In this document: in pieces, positions 24,681 to 35,740 of the stretch | Layout: every line of letters begins with the position of its first letter | Position numbering within the stretch: the first letter of the stretch is position 1 | Source of the DNA: Haliotis cracherodii | Taxonomy: Eukaryota | Length of the DNA: 64,000 nt | Direction of reading: 5' to 3' | Assembly: GCF_022045235.1 (NCBI RefSeq) | Contig: NW_027266280.1 | Location: 1,488,001-1,552,000, forward strand | The notes under the pieces: model-generated | What the model was told of the DNA's origin: nothing | Seen by the model: the letters and a program-made list of their open reading frames with translations, nothing else | Database searches by the model: none | Translations under genes and position numbers: made by a program

Positions 24681-25127
24681 GCACGTGACGCAGAGGATAC
24701 CCGGATGAGATTAATCCAAGCAACGCCGGGAATGCGTTTTTTACTTCATCACTTGATGTAATTCCGTGATTGCGTGGCAATATCCTGGCAATATATTTAA
24801 AAAAGCTGCAATCAAAATCCCCTTTGAATCCCATGTATGCCTATGGCCTCATTATCGAATACAGAAAGGGGAGGTGGGGGCACTTGCCCCTCCTTGTTGG
24901 AGAAAAGAAATTTCACACTTGTGGAGTGAACTGACAGGAAGCATACAATAATATAATGACTCAGTTATTGAACGCGCATTGCCAAATCACAAAAAGCCCC
25001 CATCCCTTTCCAGATGGTTGTATCCATGCTTAGAGCTAAATCTAACCCTCATCGTGTCCTGTTGGAGAGTCCGCGATTATGCAAGTCTCTTAACTTCCAT
25101 GGAATTATACGTGTATCAAGATAAATA

Positions 25128-25302
25128 CAGTAAACTACGGTTATAACGAACTCAAAGGGACTACTATTTTTAGTTCGTTATAACCGTAGTTCGTTATAAG
25201 CATATATACAGCATAACTACAGCAAATAGTCGGGACTAAAAAGTAAGCTCGTTATATCCGTCAGTTCGTTATAAGCGTGTTCGTTATAACCGTAGTTTAC
25301 TG
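25128..25302. mobile_element. 175-bp MITE of the Tc1/pogo type
   Basis: Perfect 24-bp TIRs CAGTAAACTACGGTTATAACGAAC, TA TSD at 25126-25127 and 25303-25304, and internal gttcgttataa repeats. Confidence 0.9.
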
Positions 25303-25884
25303 TATATGATTGTGGTCTGGCAGTTTCATAGTAACGCCCAGAATTGTTGAAAATGTACGAACTCGGTGCAAAGAGAATCTGGCGATACAGGGGCAACAGG
25401 TTCTACTTCCACTTCACTATTGCCCTCAGTGTTATGTAACAAGTGCAATAAGCCGGGTTGATCGACTGAAGGGATTGTTTGACGGTGTTCTGTTACCCCC
25501 TGCTTGGTCGAGGGGACGCCGATGGGGTGTTATTAACGCCAAGGGGTTTGTTTCACTGTTGATCGACTGAAGGGATTGTTTGTCGGTGTTCTGTAACCCT
25601 CTGTTTGGTCGAGGGGACGCCGATGGGGTGTTATCATCTAGTGGGTTATACCATGTTTACGTTGCAAGTTGTGACATCAGTGATTTCACAAAATGCCTGA
25701 AAATAACCACAAACATTTCACTGTAATCACTGATATCTAAGATGTAAGACAAATAATTAATTGTATTTCAGAGACCGCAATAACCTTTTTCTTCAAAGAG
25801 ACGCATCATTAATAATTGATATTTTGACATTTTAAATGGACGGATTCGTTTCAGCTTGTTGATCTAGTCTCCTCACACTCTCTC

Positions 25885-26080
25885 ACCCCAACCTCACCCA
25901 ACCTCACCCAACCTCACCTAGCCTCACCCAACCTACCCAACCTCACACCAAACCTCACCCCAATCTCACACCTAACCTTACCCCAACTTCACCCCAACCT
26001 CACCTCACCCCAACTTCACCCAACCTCACACCTAACCTCACCTAACCTCACCCAACCTCGCCCCACCCTCACCTCATCCA
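25885..26080. repeat. (CCTCACCCAA)n-like low-complexity repeat
   Basis: Direct reading. Confidence 0.85.
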
Positions 26081-27866
26081 CATCTCATTCTCAACCCATT
26101 CCTAACATAATCCCTCCCTATTCCCACTCAAATCTCGCCCTAACCTCGCCCCATTTCATATCCATTTTACAAACATTACAAGGTGCATCACTGATTATTG
26201 TTAACCTGTTTCCGACCTGCGTAAATCGATCCAAAATATCCCCAGAAACATGCCGGTGACCTCGTGCCCCCTTGTAACTGAAACACCTCATGAGTCAGAT
26301 TTGACTTAATGAGTGACCCCAAGTAGAATAGGGGCGCAGGGGATGTTCGTAACACAATGGCAAAATCCATGACAGGGTGATATTTTAATTAGGAATATCT
26401 GCCGGGCGTGGATATATTTTAAACAATACTAGTCAGTGATAGCGTGATATTTTGGTTCAGTGTTTTCGAACTTTCTATTAAACTGTATGACTAAAACTGG
26501 AAAAACCCAAGTCAGGTGCCAGTAAACCACAGTCTTGTTATGTTATCTTGGGATATCGTAGCTGGGGCGCTACCCACGTCCTCCTCCGTGATGGTAATGA
26601 AATGTTACCGAATATTTATCTCCATAAACTAACATAATGACGTGCAGGAAAGATATCTCACAACCCCACTTCATCAAGTTAACGTCCTTATTTCACTGCC
26701 CCAACTTCAACTATTAAGCAATAAGATTAATTCATTTAACAGGATGATACTCAGGCAGATATCAAATATCATAACAGGGGATTCATATTTATTGATTTTC
26801 CGATAACGTTCTGAGAAATTGTCCTGTTGATACACCACGATTGCATCGGCGCCCACGGGCTCAGCTATATGAGATGTGTGGATCTTACACCGCATTTGTG
26901 TTATTGGATTGTAAATATCCTGTATTAGGAACATACATTGTCTTTAGTGAGCCTTCGGGTATCACGATTGTGGGGCGTATTTCAGCTATCAAAAATCTGG
27001 AGCAGGTTTCAGAAATGACAAATGTGGAGTACATTTCAGAAACATGTATCACACATGAGGTGTATACTTCAGATATCACAAATGGCGTGAATATTTCAGA
27101 GATCGCATATTTTAGATATCACACGAGGAGCATATTTCAGATATCACAAATATGGAGCGAGTTGCAGGTATCACACGTATACAACTCAGATATGGCAGTG
27201 TAGATTAGATATAAAACATCAGCATGTTATCTGGTGTCAAGAGAAGGTAGCACTGAGATACCACATTCAAAGACTACGCAATTGAGATACCAACATAAGA
27301 GGACACTATTTGATACATCACTTGAATATATATCGGAACTTTTAACATATGTTATGTGTTCAGTAATTTCAATGATTCATCATCTTAAAGAGCAACAATT
27401 TAGATGCCACTTTTCTGGGAGATATAATTCAGAAAAAAACAAAAGGGGTAGAAGTGAGATTTACCATTTTGGAGATATAACTAGGATATTATTTTTTGGA
27501 AGAGTGGTATGGTTTTAGACCGCTTTAGTAATATTTCAGCAATATCACGGTGTATATTTCAGATATTACAAATGGCGTGAATATTTCAGAGATCGCATAT
27601 TTTAGATATCACACGAGGAGTATATTCTTCATATTTTGTACCCATGTCGGAATCAAACCCGGGTCTTCGGCGTGATGAGCGGACACCGCAGCCACTAGAC
27701 ACCCACCTTCCACTGTTTGGAAGAGCTAAATGAGGTTTTTTAAAGAAATATCACTTTATGAACATCTCTGGGAAGGTATTAGATAGGTTTCCCAATACAT
27801 GTCTGATTATTCGAGCTTAAACCGGAGGTTGAATTATCGTTAAACACCCTATATACAACTTTGACG

Positions 27867-28110
27867 TCTCATTGTTATAATGTTTATTTTCACGGAAGGA
27901 CTAGTGGCTAAGATATACACGCCATCATAGTGGATACAAACACATATACGAGTGAAATGGTATGAATGTGGAACACACGTGTAAAATTCCCCGCCAGCCA
28001 TCGTGTAATAGGAGGGGAATTTCTGTGTAGTTTGCAAGATATAATAGCAGCAAAGCTACCAACCCTTCATTCACAAGGAACTATAAAAGCTGGGCTTGCT
28101 TAGATCTACT
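27867..28110 (+). promoter_or_regulatory. Putative orphan promoter homologous to the copy-1 promoter (two kB-like sites, TATAAAAG)
   Basis: AAAATTCCCC 27983-27992, GGGGAATTTC 28014-28023 and TATAAAAG 28082-28089. Two short blocks align to the copy-1 promoter. Confidence 0.4.
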
Positions 28111-28790
28111 GATGTAAGAAACCCAGCGACCAATCGCATTACCGACCTGTCAGTGGGGACGGATATAAACTTCCGGGTTCTCATGCGGAGACGACACTTC
28201 ACTATAACGCTTTATCGCAAATACACCATAGAAAATGTAATCAAAGATGAAAATAAGAATTCACTTAGTAATTAATATAAGTTATAGCAATGATCATTCA
28301 TATAAGTGATCAATGACAATGTAACTTTGATGCCATTAATTAACGTTATAACGGGGTTAACCCTCGCCCCAAACGTGTCACCTCACAGGCGATCATGTAA
28401 ATGTTTAAAGAGACAGTAAACCAATTTTTCTAATTTATTAAGAGCAGATTTGCTCTCTTTTTTCACTTTTAAGTCTTGAACAGCATTATTATTATGCCGG
28501 GGATATAATATTATCATTACTATTTCTGAGGTTGCTATTTTGTGAAGGTGACACTTTTTGAACGATCGCAATAGGGATAAGTGCTGACGTATTCCGGTAT
28601 GTTAATTGCAAATCCGTCCACGCGTTCGTGTGTTCGGAATCAATTATATTTGGGATTGTTCAGATGATAGTCAAATTGCAAAGTTACTGTACGCATTGTC
28701 CATCTCTTCAGGAGAACAGACCTGTCACGGAAATACAATAATGGGTAGCCACGTCACCCCACACATAAGCTGATATGTATTATTATCGCA

Positions 28791-28824
28791 GGGAAACCCC
28801 ACCGGATTTCTTCGTGTATATAAA
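28791..28824 (+). promoter_or_regulatory. kB + ETS-like + TATA core promoter of IL-17 copy 2
   Basis: GGGAAACCCC (28791-28800, fits GGGRNWYYCC), ACCGGATTT (28801-28809) and TATATAAA (28817-28824), about 110 bp before the ATG. Confidence 0.75.
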
Positions 28825-28926
28825 CCGCTAGTTAACCGACAGTCAATCACTAAGGAAAACATCAAGCGTTTGCTGTAAACCAATCTTCTTCAGTGAACAT
28901 TCTTGATTCCAAAATCGATTTCCAAC

Positions 28927-29565
28927 ATGATTTATGAGCTGTGTGTTCTGATCTGCGTAGGGATCCTCTCTGCGTCCGCTCTACCTGTCAACGACGCCTG
29001 GAAACACGTGGTCAGACAACGTCGTAACGCTGCCAACTGTCAACCACCTCAAGATATCAACCAACTCTTCCAAAGTCTCAACGCCAACACCGACACCTCC
29101 ATCTTTCTTCGTTACGCTCAGGGTGCCAGACCGGGGTCATATTTACACAACGAGCTGAACACCGACCAGGTTTTCGACAGTTCCAACCTCGGAGGCATCA
29201 CCTGTCCCAGCAGCGTCAGTGACGACCCTCAGGACCCCCTGTGGATGAGGTCCCTCTGTCCCTGGTACTACAACGTCACCTATCTGCCCGCCGGTCACTA
29301 CCCAAGAGCCATCCCCCAGGCCGTGTGTAAGTGTGACAAATGCGTTGACAATAACCAAAACCAGTGCGAGAGAGTTTCCACTCAAATCCGAGTTTTAGAA
29401 GAAACTGGCTGTGAAAATGGTTTCTTTATCTACAAGCCAAAAATCGTCACCCATTTCGTTGGGTGCACTTGTGCCAAACGCCGGACAACAACAGTAGGCT
29501 CGAACACCGCCCCAACAGCATCAGACAGTGGAAGCAATTGTGGGGACTTTGGATGTGCCTCCTAA
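28927..29565 (+). CDS. IL17: Interleukin-17 family cytokine, copy 2 (212 aa, single exon)
   Basis: Signal peptide MIYELCVLICVGILSASA|LP; motifs RSLCPWYYNVT, YPRAIPQAVC, IRVL and FVGCTC. True ATG at 28927 rather than the TTG at 28903. Confidence 0.95.
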   Translation: MIYELCVLICVGILSASALPVNDAWKHVVRQRRNAANCQPPQDINQLFQSLNANTDTSIFLRYAQGARPGSYLHNELNTDQVFDSSNLGGITCPSSVSDDPQDPLWMRSLCPWYYNVTYLPAGHYPRAIPQAVCKCDKCVDNNQNQCERVSTQIRVLEETGCENGFFIYKPKIVTHFVGCTCAKRRTTTVGSNTAPTASDSGSNCGDFGCAS

Positions 29566-29760
29566 ACGAGAAACTCGTAGACGATGTCGCAAATTGATGG
29601 TGTCGTTTTCTAATGGAACATTTCCAGTGAGGAAATACCGTGTTAGTCAGTGTCTGACAACCATGTACGTAGATATTCGTTTGTTCAAAAGCTGCATTTC
29701 CGTCCATTTATGAAATGCCTAATGTCTTCATACATCATGACATTAACTCAATCCATTTTC

Positions 29761-30028
29761 ATTTATTTATTTATAAGTTATTGTATATGCTTAATTTATA
29801 ATGTGTGAATTTTGAAGATTTACAAGTTTGCATTTTTTGACATGTGTATATTGTATTATGTATTTTCAACGCATCAAGTTGAAAGTTGAACTGACATCTC
29901 TGTGAACGTTCAGATATTGCCCAAATATATATTATTGCTCAAGGTCGATATCCAATGCCATTCCATTCACCTAACGTATGTATATTTGTTTTGTTATTGT
30001 TATTGTTATTGCTGACACGTTGAATAAA
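29761..30028 (+). promoter_or_regulatory. AU-rich element and poly(A) signal of copy 2 3' UTR
   Basis: ATTTATTTATTTA at 29761-29773. AATAAA at 30023-30028, with the equivalent position conserved in copies 3 (36296) and 6 (57092). Confidence 0.65.
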
Positions 30029-30449
30029 TATTGTTTTCAAAAAGAGAGTATTTCCTTTTCCGTCACTGTCCGGTAGAGGATCCAAGAATCCTGTTAGTAT
30101 GTGGGAGACTGTGTTTTCTGCTTCGTCTTTCTCGGTAGAGGCTCCAAGAATCCTGTGACTGGGCCATGACTTTGATTCATAAACACATGCCAATGGTATG
30201 TTCGGAGTCGTACAACGATCTCTGCTTTTAGCTGTGATATCTGATGATAGTAAAATAATGTTGTCCCTTTTGTTCCAATAGCCCGGGCGCCACATTGTTA
30301 CATCTGCATATCTAATGGGCCAAGTGCTAAATTGTGAAAATCCATTAGATCTCTGCTCGTGTACCACCATTAAGATCTCGTTGTGAGTAATGTCACGTCA
30401 CAATTGATTCGAACTATGAGCCGAATGTCTGCTGATGCAGTGAAGCTGA

Positions 30450-30703
30450 TTTTGTTTGTTTGTTAAATTGTTTGTTGTTAAACGGCGAACTCAGCAATAA
30501 CCCAGCTATAAGACGGCGGTCGTAAATCATCAACTCTGGACCAGACAATCCAGTGAGTGACATCATGAGCATCCATCCACACCATTGGGATCGATGACAA
30601 GCATCAACCAAGTCAGCGAGCCTGACCACCCGATCCCGTTTGTCGCCTCGTACGACAAGCATAGTCACCTTTTAAGGCAAGCATGGGTTGCTGAAGACCT
30701 ATT
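30450..30703 (-). mobile_element. SINE family B
   Basis: Homologous to 18433-18702. Confidence 0.85.
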
Positions 30704-31034
30704 ATAGCTGAAGCTAATTATCAGATTGATCTCTGTGGGTAATGATACATTCCTTCAAAGTCTCTAAGTTCATAAAAATAGCTTCGTATTACTCAGACAG
30801 GCGGACGGACGGAAAGACAGATATACATACGGACGAACAGACAGACAGACAGATGTTTATATTCCGTGGCTTTGTGGCCCAGAGTACAACCAAACGAACA
30901 AAACATAGGTGTGGTCACGTGACTGATAGCACATTTGCTAAATTAACAACTCTTAGCAATTGCAATCTGGTAAAGTCCAGTTCAAATCGGCTGGCCACGG
31001 ATTGCCATTCCGATAAATATAATCATGAACAAAT

Positions 31035-32100
31035 GTTCATAACAACAACGTTCATGTACACGCCTTGTTATAGCCTTCATAAGCCAGTCACATAACAACA
31101 ATGTTCATGCAAACACCGTGTTATAGCCTTCATAAGCCAGTCACATAACAACAATGTTCATGCAAACGCCTTGTTATAGCCTTCATAAGCCAGTCACATA
31201 ACAACAACGTTCATGTACACACTTTGTTATAGCCTTCATAAGCCAGTCACATAACAACAACGTTTATGTACACGCCTTGTTATAGCCTTCATTAGCCAGC
31301 CACATAACAACAACGTTCATGTACACGCCTTGTTATATCTTTCAACAGCCAGTCACATAACAACAACGTTCATTCATACGCCGTGTTATAGCCTTCATTA
31401 GCCAGTCACATAACAACAACGTTCATGTACACGCCTTGTTATAGCCTTCATAAGCCAGTCACATAACAACAACGTTTATGTACACGCCTTGTTATAACCT
31501 TCATTAGCCAGTCACATAACAACAACGTTCATTCATACGCCGTGTTATAGCCTTCATTAGCCAGTCACATAACAACAACGTTTATGTACACGCCTTGTTA
31601 TAGCCTTCATTAGCCAGTCACATAACAACAACGTTCATGTACACGCCTTGTTATATCTTTCAACAGCCAGTCACATAACAACAACGTTCATTCATACGCC
31701 GTGTTATAGCCTTCATTAGCCAGTCACATAACGACAACGTTCATTCATACGCCGTGTTATAGCCTTCATAAGCCAGTCACATAACAACAACGATCATTCA
31801 TATGCCGTGTTATAGCCTTCATAAGCCAGTCACATAACAACAACGTTCATTCATACGCCGTGTTATAGCCTTCATAAGCCAGTCACATAACAACAACGTT
31901 CATTCATATGCCGTGTTATAGCCTTCATAAACCAGTCACATAACAACAACGTTCATTCATACGCCGTGTTATAGCCTTCATTAGCCAGTCACATAACAAC
32001 AACGTTCATGTACACGCCGTGTTATAGCCTTCATTAGCCAGTCACATAACAACAACGTTCATGTACACACTTTGTTATAACCTTCATTAGCTAGTCATAT
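31035..32100. repeat. 53-bp minisatellite (cataacaacaacgttcatgtacacgccttgttatagccttcataagccagtca)
   Basis: About 20 tandem units. Confidence 0.95.
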
Positions 32101-33175
32101 AAAAACGTTAACCTCGCTCTGATGTTTCACAGCACCAACCTTTCTCCATCAAATAGATAACGAAAACTGTGTGACAATGTGGACACGACGTTGAAATTAC
32201 GCCCTCTTTTGAGATTATTTGGACTGTTATGTTGCAGTGTATTTTATTGTTGATCAGTGATTGTAACTGTGTTACATTGTCTCTGCTGAAATCCGGTGGA
32301 CACTCATTGCATTGCATTTGAACAGTGATTCTACCATGACATTGAAGAATGCTTGATTCTGATTGGTTAAAAAGAGGTTTCCTTTTAGCTACGGAAACCC
32401 CTTTTAAATATATTTAGCCTTTTCACACAAAAAATGTGTGCATGAGTGCATTGATATCCAACATACTGATTCATTAAAAGATAGCTGCACATCGACTGAT
32501 TTTATTATTTACTGGGGGTAATTGCTAACTAACTAAAAAGACTACACATGTAAAACAAATAGTAAAATGTTGATTCATTACGTTTTTTGCAGAAATATAT
32601 TTGTTTAGTATTTCTCTATACTATTTCTACCATCTGTCACCCCTGCAAACGAAATGGCATTTTCGATTTCCAAGAAATGACTTGGTTGGTCCAAACAGTG
32701 CACAACAAGTTGTGATGAAATAAATACATCTATTCTTGGACTAAGATTGGAGGGTTATTTGAGAACTTCTTTTTAAAAAAATATGTGTTTTGAACACTTA
32801 TTTTTTAACTACTCATGATTATGGGTATTTTAATGTTGAACTTTATTAATATTTGTTACACATATTACCTCTGACCACTTTTTCGGAATGTTCTAAGATT
32901 GCGAACCTGTATACCTGTGTTGTTACCCGTTGCAAGAGAGCACCGTTTTCAAAACGTTGTTGCCGTCATGGAAGAATGGAAATGTGTTTTGAAATTTGCT
33001 TTAGTCCCACTGTAGAGTAAACACCTCTTATTTATCACTTAATTAGTTATCAGGAATGTAGTAGTTGTTGGTTGGTTTCACACTAAATTCGTTTACGTAC
33101 AGATTTCTGGGTTAACATATTGTTTCAATTTTGGAATCAACACGTAACAATTGTAACAACTCTATTATATGACTC

Positions 33176-33902
33176 AGCAACGCTATAGAACAACCACGAT
33201 AAGATAGCACAGTAGCCAGCCCCCTTCATTGTGGTACCCAACAACGCTATAGAAGAACCACGATAAGATAGCACAGTAGCCAGCCCCCTTCATTGTGGGA
33301 CAGAACAACGCTATAGAAGAACCACGATAAGATAGCACAGTAGCCAGCCACCTCCATTGTGGGACAGAACAACGCTATAGAAGAACCAGGATAAAATAGC
33401 ACAGTAGCCAGCCCCCTTCATTGTGGGACAGAAGAACACTATAGAAGAACCAGGATAAAATAGCACAGTAGCCAGTCCCCTTCATTGTGGGACAGAACAA
33501 CGCTATAGAAGAACCACGATAAGATAGCAGAGTAGCCAGCCACCTTCATTGTGGGACAGAACAACGCTATAGAAGAACCAGGATAAAATAGCACAGTAGC
33601 CAGCCCCCTTCATTGTGGGACAGAACAATGCTATAGAATAACCACTATACAATAGCACAGTAGCCAGCCCCCTTCATTGTGGGACAGAACAATGCTATAG
33701 AAGAACCACTATACAATAGCACAGTAGCCAGCCCCCTTCATTGTGGGACAGAACAATGCTATAGAATAACCACTATACAATAGCACAGTAGCCAGCCCCC
33801 TTCATTGTGGGACAGAACAATGCTATAGAAGAACCACTATACAATAGCACAGTAGCCAGCCACCTTCATTGTGGGACAGAACAATGCTATAGAAGAACCA
33901 CT
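33176..33902. repeat. 64-bp minisatellite (aacaacgctatagaagaaccac...agcacagtagccagcccccttcattgtgggacag), array 1
   Basis: About 11 units. The same family occurs at 48850-50780, 53936-54730 and 63930-64000. Confidence 0.95.
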
Positions 33903-34946
33903 GGGTGGGTCAGTAGGTCAGTGTACGTGTCAGAGGTCTCCTTACATCAACCATAGGTCCGGCTTGGAAGCCCGATTTATGCAGAAGACTGACAATATTC
34001 ACTTCATAGATACAGGCGAAGCTTGCATCTGACAAAGTATAATTTTCTGAAAAAGGTGGGTCAGTAGGTAAGTGTACGCGTCAGAGGTCTTCTTACGTCA
34101 ACACTAGGTTCGGTTTGGAAGCCTGAATGCGCTCTACAAGCTGATGGAAAACAGGCCTGGTCCGTACGTGGAATCTGACTCAAACTGGTGTACATGATTA
34201 CAGATCGAGAGCTGCCTCCCTTAGCTGGCAGCATCCGCTGTTCGTTGGTTCGAATCCAAGATTCGCCCAGAAATATCTTCCCTGGTCTGTCAGCACCAGA
34301 CCCAGGCTCGTGCAGTACACAGTTACAACCTGCGTCACTCACACGAGAAAATCAACAACCAATCACATGACCGGCCAAAAGGCACGGATATTAGTTTCCG
34401 GGTGTTTATTGGTGACTGCACTTCGTTATAACACTTGTCGGAAAATATCTGATGAAATGTTGTCAAATATGTATATAGGAAAATATGGAGGATAAACCTA
34501 AATTACATAACTATTCGTCCATCTACGTTCTTAATAAACAATTAAAATATGACTCTAAAATATGATTAACGTTATAACGAGGTACGCACATACACTTCAA
34601 GACTAGCTTGAAAGTTTCATTCAGAATATGAATATGTTACATGACTTAGTGTCAACAAACACAAATTTTATAGTTCTGAGGATAATTGTTATAAATGTCT
34701 GGACAACGTTTATGTTTTTATTTTTTGTATATTCTCAATTCAGATCCTCATTGACAAATCCTTCATCCATCCACGCGTTCGTGGGTTTCTGTTCAACTTT
34801 CCATGGGATTATTTGAGATGATGGTCTTGCTGCTAAGTATCTTCATGCCTGGGCAACCAAGAGGAACAATAACGGAAATACATCAGTGAGTAGCTACCTC
34901 ATCCCACATGTTACGCTGAAAGTGCGACGAATGTATATTTAGCCGA

Positions 34947-34980
34947 GGGACACCCCACCGGATTTGTTAGTGTATATAAT
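34947..34980 (+). promoter_or_regulatory. kB + ETS-like + TATA core promoter of IL-17 copy 3
   Basis: GGGACACCCC 34947-34956, ACCGGATTT 34957-34965 and TATATAAT 34973-34980, with the same spacing as copy 2. Confidence 0.72.
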
Positions 34981-35101
34981 GTGCCATCACTTGTTGACAG
35001 ACAGACCACACTCCACCGTCAGGCACAACATCAAGCGTTTGCTGTTCACAGATCATTTCCCACTTCAGTGAAAGTTTAAGTTAAAGTACTCAATTTCCAA
35101 C

Positions 35102-35740
35102 ATGATTTATGAGCTGTGTGTTCTGATCTGCGTAGGGATCCTCTCTGCGTCCGCTCTACCTGTCAACGACGCCTGGAAACACGTGGTCAGACAACGTCGT
35201 AACGCTGCCAACTGTCAACCACCTCAAGATATCAACCAACTCTTCCAAAGTCTCAACGCCAACACCGACACCTCCATCTTTCTTCGTAACGCTCAGGGTG
35301 CCAGACCGGGGTCATATTTACACAGCGAGCTGAACACCGACCAGGTGTTCGACAGTTCCCACCTCGGAGGCATCACCTGTCCCAGCAGCGTCAGTGACGA
35401 CCCTCAGGACCCCCTGTGGATGAGGTCCCTCTGTCCCTGGTACTACAATGTCACCGATCTGCCCGCCGGTCACTACCCAAGTGCCATCCCCCAGGCCGTG
35501 TGTAAGTGTGACAAATGCGTTGACAATAACCAAAACCAGTGCGAGAGAGTTTCCACTCAAATCCGAGTTTTAGAAAAAACTGGCTGTGAAAATGGTTTCT
35601 TTATCTACAAGCCCAAAATCGTCACCCATTTCGTTGGGTGCACTTGTGCCAAACGCCGGACACCAACAGTAGGTTCGAACACCGCCCCAACAGCATCAGA
35701 CAGTGAAAGCAGTTGTGGGGATTATGGATGTGCCCCCTAA
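35102..35740 (+). CDS. IL17: Interleukin-17 family cytokine, copy 3 (212 aa)
   Basis: Intact ORF with signal peptide and all IL-17 cystine-knot motifs. Differs from copy 6 at three residues. Confidence 0.95.
   Translation: MIYELCVLICVGILSASALPVNDAWKHVVRQRRNAANCQPPQDINQLFQSLNANTDTSIFLRNAQGARPGSYLHSELNTDQVFDSSHLGGITCPSSVSDDPQDPLWMRSLCPWYYNVTDLPAGHYPSAIPQAVCKCDKCVDNNQNQCERVSTQIRVLEKTGCENGFFIYKPKIVTHFVGCTCAKRRTPTVGSNTAPTASDSESSCGDYGCAP

Noticed and set aside
28903-28926. N-terminal extensions of IL-17 ORFs in the track (28903, 53104, 8762)
   Set aside because: They start at TTG codons in 5' UTR sequence. The paralog-aligned ATGs directly precede the signal peptide.
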